DNA from: Singulisphaera sp.
Lineage (GTDB): Bacteria > Planctomycetota > Planctomycetia > Isosphaerales > Isosphaeraceae
Assembly: GCA_027451445.1 (NCBI GenBank)
Contig: DAIDJG010000067.1
Location: 414 to 64,413 of the forward strand
Length of the DNA: 64,000 nucleotides
Direction: 5' to 3'
Below are positions 55,334 to 64,000 of this stretch, one piece after another. The stretch's first letter is position 1; each line of letters begins with the position of its first letter. The notes below the pieces were generated by a model. It saw only the letters and a list, made by a program, of their open reading frames with translations. It was not told the DNA's origin and did not search any database. Position numbers and translations under genes: made by a program.

Positions 55334-56689
55334 TCAGCCTCCGACGGTCCCCTCGTTCACGTTGTCGATCAAGATCGTGCGGGGGGCGATCGTCGTGTTG
55401 GCGGGGATGGTCGAGCCGAAGATATAGGAGCCGGCGCCGATCGTTGAGCCGCTGCCGATCGACGACTGGCTCACGACCGCCGCCGCGCCGATGGTGACGT
55501 TGTCACCGATGACGGCGTTCACGCCCTTACCGGTCGTCGGGTTCACACCGCTTTCGATCACCGCGAAGTCGTTGGCCACGAAGTTCTGGCCGATCGTGAG
55601 GGTACCGCCGAGCGGTGAGTTGATCGTGACGTGATTGCCGACGGCACCGAGCGAGCCGATGATGATCGGCTGTCCCTGGTCAGCGCGGATCGAGTCGGAG
55701 TGGCTCAACGCGCTGGCCACCGCCTTGGGAAGCTCATTGAACTCGACGGCCCCGACGATCCGTGAGCGAAAGTTGTAGAACAGTCCCTGAACCAGTTCGT
55801 TCCTGCGGGGGTCGAAGAACTTGGGACCGACGGGTGACGCGGGCTCAATCGACACGTAGGTAGAGCCGGGCTCCGCACTGGTTCCGAGCACGGCGGCAAG
55901 GTCACCGTTGTAGGGAGGGCTACCGACACCCGGTAAAGGCCCGGTGGCCGAGCTACCCTGGTACAGGTTGGTGTAGCCTGCGGCGAGGCCGGCGTCGTTG
56001 GCCAGCTCCGACTTGAGCTGGCTGGTGTCGGTCGCAGTGACCTCGCGGACGAAACCGAGCGCGGGGTCGCTCGCCTGGGCGGTGGTGGTGATGTTGGCGC
56101 CGGGGAGCACATACATGCCGGCGGGCACGACAACACCCGGCCCGACCGTGGCCAACGGGCCAACGAACGCGCCGGCCTCGATGGTCGCGCCGTTGATCGT
56201 CGCGTTCGCACCGATCCCCGTGGCATGGGCCGCCGAACCGTAGGCGCCAATAACCGAGGGACCGATAACCGTGGCCCCGTATCCGATTTGCACGCTGTCG
56301 CCGATCAAGACCGATGTGGTCGGGCTCGTCTTACTCGGGTCGCTCTCGATCCGGGCATTGTCCAGAATGGCCGAACCGGTCCCGATCTTGATGAAACCGG
56401 CCCGCGAATCGAGCGAGGCATACGGCCCGATGTAAGTCTTCGTGCCAACAACGACGTGTTTGCCATTGTAGACATGAACGCTTGGATCGATGAAAGTCGC
56501 CGTTTTCGTAGGCGACCCGAAGGGTAAGACCGGCGTATTGGGCCTTGCCGCGACCCCCGCTCCCGGTGGATTCGTCACATAAGAGGGAAGCCTGGGCCCG
56601 ACACTGAGCAGTCGGCGACCCTCGAGGAATTCGGCCTCGGGCCGAACTGACCTTCCCGTCCGTCGTCCTTGACGTTCGAATCCATTCAT
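55334..56689 (-). CDS. Exported protein with left-handed beta-helix (hexapeptide-repeat) domains
   Basis: ATG at 56689 gives 'MNGFERQGRRTGRSVRPEAEFLEGRRLLSV'. Hexapeptide-like 'IGDSVQIGYGATVIGPSVIGAYGSAAHATGIGANATINGATIEAGAFVGP'. Confidence 0.75.
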   Translation of the reverse strand: MNGFERQGRRTGRSVRPEAEFLEGRRLLSVGPRLPSYVTNPPGAGVAARPNTPVLPFGSPTKTATFIDPSVHVYNGKHVVVGTKTYIGPYASLDSRAGFIKIGTGSAILDNARIESDPSKTSPTTSVLIGDSVQIGYGATVIGPSVIGAYGSAAHATGIGANATINGATIEAGAFVGPLATVGPGVVVPAGMYVLPGANITTTAQASDPALGFVREVTATDTSQLKSELANDAGLAAGYTNLYQGSSATGPLPGVGSPPYNGDLAAVLGTSAEPGSTYVSIEPASPVGPKFFDPRRNELVQGLFYNFRSRIVGAVEFNELPKAVASALSHSDSIRADQGQPIIIGSLGAVGNHVTINSPLGGTLTIGQNFVANDFAVIESGVNPTTGKGVNAVIGDNVTIGAAAVVSQSSIGSGSTIGAGSYIFGSTIPANTTIAPRTILIDNVNEGTVGG

Positions 56690-57120
56690 ATTTCCACCGG
56701 ACGAAAAAAAAGCCAACCGGAGCGGAGACCACGCCTCCGCTGCCCCGAGGCTCAGGTTGAGCTTTGCACCGTGGAGGTCATGCGTGGCCGCGTCCTGGCC
56801 TTCGTCCGCGCACTGCCGCGCCCTTGAGAATCGGTGCGCAGGCCGACAATCACACCCGGTCTTTATCATCGGGCACGCCCCCGCTTTCACTTTGGCAATC
56901 TTGGCAGATTGGGTGAGATCGAGAATCGGCGTCCCTGCAAAAGCCCGATGAATTCCGTGATCCCGTTTCTGGACCCAAAGGCGAAAACATGGCGTTCCGA
57001 TCAGGTCCGAATCCAATGCGTCGCTTGTCAAGGTGCAACACACGTTTTACATTGAGAGGGCATGGGCGCACACGGCGCCGGGGTCGAACCAATCCGAATT
57101 CAAACGCGGAGGGGAGCACC

Positions 57121-57855
57121 ATGAGGACGAAGCGCGTGTGGTGGGGAATGGGCATGGGTTGCCTGCTGGTGTTCTGTGGTTGGGTGGTGCAGGCTGGGGA
57201 AACGGCCGCACTGAAGCTGGCGGCGAGCCAGTCAGAGTTTCTGCGACAGGAGCCGATCCTCGTGACGTTGAAGGTCGAGGGGACACCGGGAGCGAACCTG
57301 CCGGCTGCGCCGGGCGGAGAGAGCCAGAGCGCATCGAATGCACTTCGGTTCGAAGTCGAGCCCGCAGTGAAGGCCCGACCCAATGCCAAGCCGCTGCCCG
57401 GCGAGGCCGCAACCGCGAACAAGGCGGCGGCCGCGCGGACGTACGACCTGCTCGAATGGTTCCAGTTCCCCGACAACGGTCAGTTCACAGTGCGGGCGGT
57501 TTATGAGAACGGCGGGAACCGCGTTGTCTCCGAGCCGATCACGCTCCGCGTCCACGCGCCCAAGAAGGGAGACGCCGACTTCGACTCGGTCGCACGTTTG
57601 CACCACATGCCCTGGAGCAACTACGAAACGAACGCCTTCTGCGGCGACACGTTCGACGTGGTCAAGAACTGGCCCGACTCCCAGGTTGCCAGGTACTGCC
57701 ATTACTGGAACGGCCGGTACTCGCAGAACAAGAAAGAGTATGACAAGGCGATCGCGAGCTATCGCATCGTGATCGACAAGTACCCCGGTTTTGCCCTGGC
57801 TGGCGACGCCCGCCGCGCGCTGGCGGAGTGCGAGAAGGCCCAGCAGAAACCGTAG
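57121..57855 (+). CDS. Hypothetical secreted protein (C-terminal TPR-like helix pair)
   Basis: ATG at 57121 follows 'ggagggga'. Signal peptide 'MRTKRVWWGMGMGCLLVFCGWVVQAGE'. Confidence 0.6.
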   Translation: MRTKRVWWGMGMGCLLVFCGWVVQAGETAALKLAASQSEFLRQEPILVTLKVEGTPGANLPAAPGGESQSASNALRFEVEPAVKARPNAKPLPGEAATANKAAAARTYDLLEWFQFPDNGQFTVRAVYENGGNRVVSEPITLRVHAPKKGDADFDSVARLHHMPWSNYETNAFCGDTFDVVKNWPDSQVARYCHYWNGRYSQNKKEYDKAIASYRIVIDKYPGFALAGDARRALAECEKAQQKP

Positions 57856-57995
57856 TCGTACCCAAAAGTCACCGTGCCTTCGGGCCGCTCGCCCGTTGCG
57901 CCCGGGAATGCGTATTGCATAGGGTGGTCGTTGTCCCTCGCCATCCCGTTGGAGAGGGGTCGTGACCACCGCACGTTTCCGAGGGGGCATGCTCC

Positions 57996-59237
57996 ATGAA
58001 GCGACACACGCTGATGTTCCTGTTCGCATCCATCGCGCTGGTTGGATTCGACGCGAAACGCGTCGCGGCGGAGGATGAACCACTCACGCCCAAACGGCTC
58101 AGCCAGCGGCTCGCGGACCAGCCCAAGGGCGAAGCGGCCGAGCGGCTCGCCGGGCAGGTGCGAAGCTGGTTCGGCGGCAAGGACAAGCTCGCCAAAGGGG
58201 CCAATCCCAAGGTCGACGGCCTCGAGGTCGCGTGGGCCATCGAGGCACCGAAAGCCAAGGTCGTCCAGATCGTTGCCGAGGACCAGCGCAAGTTATCTCT
58301 GCCACTGGTTCGGATCGGTCAGACCGACGTGTATGCCGCGACCTTCCCGCTCCCGAACGGTACCGGCTTTCGCTGGGCGTACGACGTCGACGGTAAAGGA
58401 ATCGGCGGATTCGCCACGAAGGATCCCAAGCAGGGCAACCTCGAAGTCTACGCCGAGCACCCCGACGCCGCGGCGCGATCCGACGTGCCCAAAGGCAAGG
58501 TCATGCAGCAGCCGAAGTGGAAGAGCAAGATCTTCGACGGCACCAGTCGAGACTGGTGGGTCTACGTCCCGGCCCAGTACAAGGACGACAAGCCTGCGTG
58601 CGTCATGGTGTTCCAGGATGGTGCCGGCTACCGTGAGTTCACATCGACGATCTTCGACAACCTGATCGCCAAGGGCGACATGCCCATCACTGTTGGCGTC
58701 TTCATTCAGCCTGGGACGTTCGAGGGCGGCAAATCAAACCGTAGCTTTGAATACGACACCCTTTCCGATCAGTACGCCCGCTTCCTACTCGAGGAGATCC
58801 TGCCCGAAGTCGAGAAGACCGTGAAGCTTCGCCACGACCCCGAAAGCCGCGCGATTGCCGGCGCGAGCAGCGGCGGCATTTGCGCGTTCACGGTGGCGTG
58901 GGAGCGGCCCAAAGAATTCTCGAGAGTCCTCTCATGGGTCGGCTCATTCACCAACATCGCCAGTGGTAAGAGCGGCCACGACGGGGGCCACAACTACGAA
59001 GCGATGATCCGCAAAACCGAGAAAAAGCCCATCCGCGTCTTCCTCCAGGACGGCGCCAACGACCTGGACAACGCGAACGGCAACTGGCCCCTGGCCAATC
59101 AGCAAATGGCCAAGGCCCTTGAGTTCAAAGACTATGATTACCAGTTCGTCTACGGCCAGGGCTTCCACAGCAACAAGCACGGCCGCGCGATCATGCCCGA
59201 TTCACTGCGCTGGCTCTGGCGCGACTACAAGCCGTGA
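57996..59237 (+). CDS. Secreted alpha/beta-hydrolase, enterochelin-esterase-like (putative esterase family)
   Basis: It has a signal peptide. 'WWVYVPAQYKDDKPACVMVFQDG', and the nucleophile context 'IAGASSGGICAF'. Confidence 0.8.
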   Translation: MKRHTLMFLFASIALVGFDAKRVAAEDEPLTPKRLSQRLADQPKGEAAERLAGQVRSWFGGKDKLAKGANPKVDGLEVAWAIEAPKAKVVQIVAEDQRKLSLPLVRIGQTDVYAATFPLPNGTGFRWAYDVDGKGIGGFATKDPKQGNLEVYAEHPDAAARSDVPKGKVMQQPKWKSKIFDGTSRDWWVYVPAQYKDDKPACVMVFQDGAGYREFTSTIFDNLIAKGDMPITVGVFIQPGTFEGGKSNRSFEYDTLSDQYARFLLEEILPEVEKTVKLRHDPESRAIAGASSGGICAFTVAWERPKEFSRVLSWVGSFTNIASGKSGHDGGHNYEAMIRKTEKKPIRVFLQDGANDLDNANGNWPLANQQMAKALEFKDYDYQFVYGQGFHSNKHGRAIMPDSLRWLWRDYKP

Positions 59238-59304
59238 ATTGAGTGCGGATGGCAGGTGCAAAATGGCAAACGCCAAACGCACTCTAGCTTGAGCATCTGC
59301 CTCC

Positions 59305-59865
59305 TCAATCCCCATACTTCGCCCTGAGCCTTGGCGAGAGCCTCAGGAGAAGCTGAGCCCGTTCAAATTCCGCGAGCCACTCCGCGAGCGTTGCGGCCGT
59401 GAGATCGGCACTCGGTGGAACGAGACCCGTGGGGCAACTGGGACCGAGGTGATCGGCGGCGAGCTTGCGATAAATGGAAAGCGTACGCTCGCCGTACCGC
59501 GCAACCTCGAATCCGTCCTCGCTCAGGAAGACGACCACCGGCACGCGCTGACCACCGTTGATCGCGAGTGCGTCGCGAACGGCGGGGTCGGCGTCGCGGT
59601 CGAGAAAGCGAAGGTCGATCGCGGATGAGGCGCGCGCGAAGTGGTCGAAGGCGGGACACTGGTTGATGCAGTCGCCGCACCAGGCTCCGCAGAGGCAGAG
59701 GACGGGCATCCGCCGGACGAAGCCCCCGAGCAGGGTGGATTGTTCGGGAGTCAACGAAAACCGCCCGTGCATGGCGTCCCAGCGGGCACGCTGACCAGGG
59801 TTGGCGTAACGGTCGAGGAACGCTGTGTAGGACTGCGCCTTGTCGAAGATCGTGAACCAATCCAT
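59305..59865 (-). CDS. Thioredoxin-fold protein
   Basis: ATG at 59865. 'VLCLCGAWCGDCINQCP' is a WCxxC motif. Confidence 0.75.
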   Translation of the reverse strand: MDWFTIFDKAQSYTAFLDRYANPGQRARWDAMHGRFSLTPEQSTLLGGFVRRMPVLCLCGAWCGDCINQCPAFDHFARASSAIDLRFLDRDADPAVRDALAINGGQRVPVVVFLSEDGFEVARYGERTLSIYRKLAADHLGPSCPTGLVPPSADLTAATLAEWLAEFERAQLLLRLSPRLRAKYGD

Positions 59866-59967
59866 CGCGTGCCGTCCGAGAGTGACTTCAGGAGAGTTGA
59901 ATCTCAGCCCATCCACTCGGATTGTCGCAAACGGAATGCCCAGACCGCAATGCGTACACCCGCTCCG

Positions 59968-60531
59968 TCAGAGCCACCCCAGGGCCGAGAGCGCGGCGAG
60001 GTGTTTGCAGACGGCGTGCGGGGTCGCACTCTCGGCAATCTCGAAGGTCCACTCCGCGCAGTCGCATTGCGACGAGCCATCGCGCAGGCGGCATACGTAG
60101 TAGGGGCCGTCTTCGAGCGGGGGATGGAGGCGGGTCAAGCGCCACTGGATGGGAGCGAGTGCGGTCCCCTCCACGCGCTCGGCACGATACGTGTGGCCCA
60201 TGATCGGGATGAAGACGAACGGCGCACGTCCTGAGCGCCCGTCGACGGTGAGATACGTGAGGGGTAGCTCCTGCTGGGCGACTTCAAGCGGACCCGCGCC
60301 GTACTGGGCGCGCAAACGGTCCCAGGCACGCCGTGCCTCGTCGCGAGCGTTTCGGAAGTGCCAGGCCGTGGGATGAAACAGACCGACAGCGGCCTCGGCC
60401 GCTTCCAGATCGGCCAGGGAAATCTCCAGGATCATCCGGCCTCGTTGCGCCAGCTCGACCGCCTGCCGGAACGGGTCCGACGGATCGCGGTCGCAGAGCG
60501 AAGCGCGCTTCCGAACGCGCGGTACCGACAT
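59968..60531 (-). CDS. SWIM zinc-finger protein
   Basis: C-terminal 'CDCAEWTFEIAESATPHAVCKHLAAL' fits CxC..CxH. ATG at 60531. The upstream part of the listed ORF is R/G-rich and runs through a terminator hairpin. Confidence 0.65.
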   Translation of the reverse strand: MSVPRVRKRASLCDRDPSDPFRQAVELAQRGRMILEISLADLEAAEAAVGLFHPTAWHFRNARDEARRAWDRLRAQYGAGPLEVAQQELPLTYLTVDGRSGRAPFVFIPIMGHTYRAERVEGTALAPIQWRLTRLHPPLEDGPYYVCRLRDGSSQCDCAEWTFEIAESATPHAVCKHLAALSALGWL

Positions 60532-60587
60532 CACCAAGGGCTCGCCGGGGACTTGGTGGTGAGAATCCGAGCCTGCAACGCCGCAGC

Positions 60588-60806
60588 TCAGTCCGACCCG
60601 TTGCTGGACAGGTGCACGTACCGCAGCGCATCGCCGGAACGTTCCTGCGAGGTCTCGACCACGTACGTCCGCCCGGCCCACAACACCCGGTCGCCCGACA
60701 CTCCCATCTCCCGCGCCGTCCCCAGCAGGCAGACTTCGCGGATCGAGGGACTCCCGCGCTTCATCCCGCCCTTCGGCCGACTGGAACCGTGCAATAACAC
60801 CGACAT
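60588..60806 (-). CDS. Possible small protein upstream of the SWIM gene
   Basis: In this 72-codon ORF, nearly all third positions are G or C when read by eye, which is the coding-like bias of this genome. It has the same orientation as the SWIM gene and ends 56 nt before its start. No family was recognised. Confidence 0.3.
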   Translation of the reverse strand: MSVLLHGSSRPKGGMKRGSPSIREVCLLGTAREMGVSGDRVLWAGRTYVVETSQERSGDALRYVHLSSNGSD

Positions 60807-60978
60807 CGCCGGTCACCTCCGTGCCACGCATGGACCGTCGCCTCCCTGCGCTCGAGTGGCCGCCTCCCTGCCCTCGCGTCCCGATTCTGGACGTTTCGTT
60901 CAGAAGTGTACCAAAGAATACACCACGAAACAAGAGTCCAGCGAGAGGAATTGAACCCCCCCGAATTCGACGGCAAAA

Positions 60979-61042
60979 CACTAACCCGAAGCGCAAGCGA
61001 TGGATAATTATATAATGTCCTCGCTCGCGCTTCGGGTTAGTG
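60979..61042 (-). terminator. Intrinsic-terminator-like hairpin downstream of the cysteine desulfurase gene
   Basis: 22-bp stem (60979-61000 with 61021-61042, 1 mismatch) and a 20-nt AT-rich loop. On the minus strand the stem is followed by 'TTTTG'. It starts 11 nt after the stop at 61054. Confidence 0.55.
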
Positions 61043-61053
61043 TAAGAAATACG

Positions 61054-62196
61054 TTACGAGTTGGCGGCTCGCGCGATAATGTCGACGATACGGGGGATCG
61101 CGTCGTCGATCTCCGACTCGGTGGTCGTCGCGCCTAGGCTGAAGCGCACGGAGGAGCGCAGTCGGTCGTCGGGAACGCGCATGGCGACGAGCGTCGGCGA
61201 GGGCCTTGTCGATCCGCTCGCGCAGGCCGAGCCGAGCGACGCCGCGATGCCCGCCAGGTCGAGTTGCATCAACAGGGCGTCGCCGTCGAGGCCCGGGAAG
61301 CCGAGGTTGGTCGTCTGCGGCAACCGCGCTCGGGGATCGGCCGGGCCGTTCCGAACGACTCGCTCCGCTCCCAGCGCCTTCACCAGTCCGGCTTCGAGCC
61401 GGTCGCGCAAGGCCGACCACCGTTTGGTCCGCGCTTCGGATTCCTTGTGCCAGCGTTCGAGGGCGGTCGCCAACCCCACGGCCAGCGGCACGGCCACCGT
61501 CCCTGCGCGTCGCCCTTGCTGCTGACCACCGCCGAAGAGCCGCGAGCCAAGCCGAACGCCCGAGCGCACCAGCAACAATCCCACTCCGACCGGCCCGTGA
61601 AACTTGTGCGCGCTGGCGGCGAGCGTCGCCACGCCGAGCGCGTGGAAATCGACCGGCACACGGCCGACGGCCTGCACCGCGTCGCTATGCACGCGGATCT
61701 CCCGCTGCTGAGCCAACTCCGCCAGGCGAGCGACCGGCTGGACCGCGCCGGTCTCGTTGTTGGCAAGCATCAGCGTGGCGAACCGCGTATCGTCGCAGAA
61801 CGTCGCGGCCATTGCCTCAGCATCCGCGACGCCTTCCCCGTTAACGGCCGGCCGATCCACAGCGAAACCTGCTGCCTCCAGCCGGGCGACGGGCTCGGCG
61901 ATGGCAGGGTGTTCGATGGGGCTGGAAACGACGTGCCCCGGCTCGTGCTCGGCCCCGGCGAGACCGAAGACAGCGAGGTTGTTCGCCTCCGTCCCCCCCG
62001 ATGTGAAAATCACCTCGCCCGGGTCGGCCCCCAGGATCGCCGCCACGGTTTCTTTGGCCCAATCCCACCCCCGACGCGCCGCGCGACCAGCCGCATGGCG
62101 GCTTTCGGCGTTCCCCGGTGTCAGGAAGTAAGGACGCATCGCCTCGAGGACTTCGGGATCGAGGGCGGTGGTCGCGTTGTTGTCGAGGTAGATCAT
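61054..62196 (-). CDS. Cysteine desulfurase (NifS/IscS class I aminotransferase V)
   Basis: ATG at 62196 gives 'MIYLDNNATT'. 'FTSGGTEANN', PLP-Lys context 'SAHKFHGPVGVG', and active-site 'GSACASG'. Confidence 0.9.
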   Translation of the reverse strand: MIYLDNNATTALDPEVLEAMRPYFLTPGNAESRHAAGRAARRGWDWAKETVAAILGADPGEVIFTSGGTEANNLAVFGLAGAEHEPGHVVSSPIEHPAIAEPVARLEAAGFAVDRPAVNGEGVADAEAMAATFCDDTRFATLMLANNETGAVQPVARLAELAQQREIRVHSDAVQAVGRVPVDFHALGVATLAASAHKFHGPVGVGLLLVRSGVRLGSRLFGGGQQQGRRAGTVAVPLAVGLATALERWHKESEARTKRWSALRDRLEAGLVKALGAERVVRNGPADPRARLPQTTNLGFPGLDGDALLMQLDLAGIAASLGSACASGSTRPSPTLVAMRVPDDRLRSSVRFSLGATTTESEIDDAIPRIVDIIARAANS

Positions 62197-62288
62197 GGCG
62201 ACGACGTGGTAGTGAAACCCGCACAACGCCTGGAGCGGCTTACGCTCGTCGGATTGCGCACATCGGACTGCCTCGCAGCGTGGGAACA

Positions 62289-62466
62289 TATAACTCCCCC
62301 CCTTGGGAAGGGGGGGTTGGGGGGGTGGGGAGTCAGCGCACGTATACGGCAGGTCCCGCTGCCCCTCAACCATTTGGCACAGGAGAACGGGGCGCGGCTG
62401 TGTTGCAGACATCGGACGGCCAATCCCCACCCCCCCACCCCCCCCATCCCAAGGGGGTGAGTTATA
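62289..62466. repeat. Element with 43-bp G-rich/C-rich inverted-repeat arms around a 92-bp core
   Basis: 62289-62331 is the reverse complement of 62424-62466 with 3 mismatches. The left arm contains 'gggaagggggggttgggggggtgggg'. Confidence 0.8.
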
Positions 62467-62686
62467 AAGCTCCTTTCACTTGGGAACGGCGTGGCTCCGT
62501 GGGGTACCTGGCTAACCCCCAACTTCGATTCAAGCAGCGCTAATTCGTTTGACGGTTCGAGCATGGAGTTCCGGTCGAGATTAAGGCCTACTTCTGCGCG
62601 CCTTCGCCGTTGTGCGAGAAGAGCGACACGAGTCGCTGCGTTGCTTTGAGGTCCAACCGAACGAACGACATTTCAATAAATCGATA

Positions 62687-62917
62687 TCACGTATAAATTT
62701 CTCTCTCGTCGAGATCCAATGGTTGGGTCTGCCCCGCACGATACTCGTCAATGGCTTCCTGAGCGAGTTTTTTAAGCTTCCCTGCCGACGCAGCGATCGC
62801 CCGGTCGAAAGCCTCCTCGGCCTCGAGCTCAGCAAGCCAACGTGCCCCCAAGAGCTCTTGTTCGGCCTCAGAAAGCTTTGCAGCCTCTGCGAAAGCTCTT
62901 TCGAGGATCGGTACCAT
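62687..62917 (-). CDS. Small antitoxin-like protein (orphan)
   Basis: ATG at 62917 gives 'MVPILERAFAEAAKLSEAEQELLGARWLAELEAEEAFDRAIA...'. It is helical, acidic and of typical antitoxin size. Only a 27-codon ORF follows it. Confidence 0.5.
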   Translation of the reverse strand: MVPILERAFAEAAKLSEAEQELLGARWLAELEAEEAFDRAIAASAGKLKKLAQEAIDEYRAGQTQPLDLDEREIYT

Positions 62918-62974
62918 GGTTAGGACTTCCCTCAAGAAACGGTCTCAACGAATTCCACGATGTCGCTCGTTTGC

Positions 62975-64000
62975 TCAATTATCGGATCCGTCCCCAGTGG
63001 CCAAACCTTCCTTGAGTTTCGCCACCGGCCGGTAGACGCGAACCCAACCCCCTTTCTGGAGCGAGCTCATCCGCAGCATCCCTTCCTGGACCATCTTCTT
63101 GTCGGCTTCGGACTTGCCCTTGCCGCCGTAGTTCTGGTGCAGGATCGTGAGTATCTTACCGCCGTCGCTGACGCCCGCGACGATCGCTGTGTGGTGGGGA
63201 TACTCTTCGTGCCACCAGGCGTTGCGGCCCTTGCCGAGGGAGCGCCGGCCGTCGAAGACGGCGTCGCGGAACTGGAGGATGTCGCCCGGGAGCGCGTCCT
63301 CAAAGCGCTCGATCCGCTCGCCCCACTCATAGTCGCCATCGGCGCGATCGAGCGGGAACGGCCGTGCCCCGGCCTCCTTCAGCGCCAGGATCGCGAACGT
63401 GATGCAGATCCCGTCGCCGACCTTCTTGCCAATGTTCTCCTGAGCGAAGGTCACCACTTTCTCGTTCAGCGGAGGCAAGACCGGCTCAGCCTTCGCCCTG
63501 GTCTTCTGTCCGTTGTGACACGCGAACCTCTCCCAGAAAGGAAGCAGCTCGGCCCAGACCGGATCGTCGGGCTTGAACGCGCGCGGCGAGCGCAGGAGGA
63601 GCACCGCGGTCCGTTTGGATTCAGGGCAGTACCAGCGGAATGTTTCCAGATGCGTCGTCAACGGTCGCTTCGTGGTGAAGGGATCGAACCCTTCGATCGT
63701 GATAGCGCGCCGGAGCACGGTGTGGCCCAGCTTGTCCGTCCTTTTGTCCGGCTCCAGTGCGATCTTGATCTCGTCGCGGTCGAACAGACCACCGTAGAGG
63801 CCGCCGTCATACGCCCGAAGCGCCTGTTCCAACTCGGTGCGACTGGTCAGGACGTCGCCTTCGAGCCAGTAGAGGACGGGGTACGACCAGAACGTCGGCG
63901 CGTCCTGATCGAACCAGCCGGGCGGGAAGCGGATCTCGAGCGCTCCCTTCCACTCCAGTTCCTTCGCCCAGCGCGGCGGATACGGGGTCTCTTCCAGCTT
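62975..64000 (-). CDS. Hypothetical protein with a C-terminal CHAP/NlpC-P60-like (papain-fold) domain; the 5' end lies outside the window
   Basis: The frame stays open through 63833-64000; the listed start at 63832 is an internal TTG. Candidate Cys 'GDGICITFAILALKEAG' and His 'YPHHTAIVAGV', then 'ILHQNYGG'. Confidence 0.7.
   Translation of the reverse strand, partial: KLEETPYPPRWAKELEWKGALEIRFPPGWFDQDAPTFWSYPVLYWLEGDVLTSRTELEQALRAYDGGLYGGLFDRDEIKIALEPDKRTDKLGHTVLRRAITIEGFDPFTTKRPLTTHLETFRWYCPESKRTAVLLLRSPRAFKPDDPVWAELLPFWERFACHNGQKTRAKAEPVLPPLNEKVVTFAQENIGKKVGDGICITFAILALKEAGARPFPLDRADGDYEWGERIERFEDALPGDILQFRDAVFDGRRSLGKGRNAWWHEEYPHHTAIVAGVSDGGKILTILHQNYGGKGKSEADKKMVQEGMLRMSSLQKGGWVRVYRPVAKLKEGLATGDGSDN

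Noticed and set aside
56704-56740. A 7-bp GC hairpin plus an A8/T8 run just upstream of the start of the hexapeptide-repeat gene, considered as an attenuator or terminator.
   Set aside because: On the minus strand the T-run is separated from the stem by about 9 nt and the stem is short, so it is not a canonical intrinsic terminator.
63670-63700. A second T-loop-like 'gaagg-gttcgat-ccttc' on the minus strand.
   Set aside because: It lies inside a well-supported CDS, and no acceptor-stem complement is present.

Overview
High-GC bacterial chromosomal segment. By inference it is most consistent with Planctomycetota (Gemmata/Isosphaera-like). The grounds are two DUF4058 genes, a Uma2 gene, multiple HEAT and TPR proteins, a BlaI/BlaR1 pair, and giant exported proteins with an N-terminal 'LEERTLLS' motif. 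I support about 55 protein-coding genes and found no rRNA, tRNA or CRISPR array.

Content falls into five groups.
1. Housekeeping genes: lysA, argH, glgC, a cysteine desulfurase, an alkaline phosphatase, an NmrA-like reductase, a GNAT and a UPF0173 hydrolase.
2. Two giant exported repeat proteins. One is 2298 aa (beta-helix, Ig, FG-GAP-like and P-domain modules). The other is about 2669 aa (about 15 PKD-like 'WGDG..HTY' modules, a TIGR03118-like region and three super-repeats of about 225 aa).
3. A very high density of toxin-antitoxin and selfish-type cassettes wedged between housekeeping genes: Phd-HigB-HigA, two ParE pairs, DUF433/DUF5615, HNH plus a partner, and orphan antitoxins.
4. Regulators: BlaI/BlaR1, a sigma-70-family factor divergent from a CarH-like B12-domain regulator, and a sigma54 activator without a sensory domain.
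5. Several families of long intergenic palindromic repeats.

The best candidate for an undescribed system is a translationally overlapped two-gene module at 18.6-21.3 kb. It encodes a P-loop STAND-like NTPase followed by a TPR protein with a conserved non-TPR N-domain. A PD-(D/E)xK-like DUF4058 gene and an orphan beta-class DNA methyltransferase flank it.

Other notable items:
- a decayed duplicate of the glgC 3' end flanking a ParDE cassette;
- a stand-alone Hint (intein-like) protein;
- a B12-domain regulator that keeps Wx9EH but has Tyr in place of the canonical His.

All family names come from motif recognition by eye. No database search was possible.
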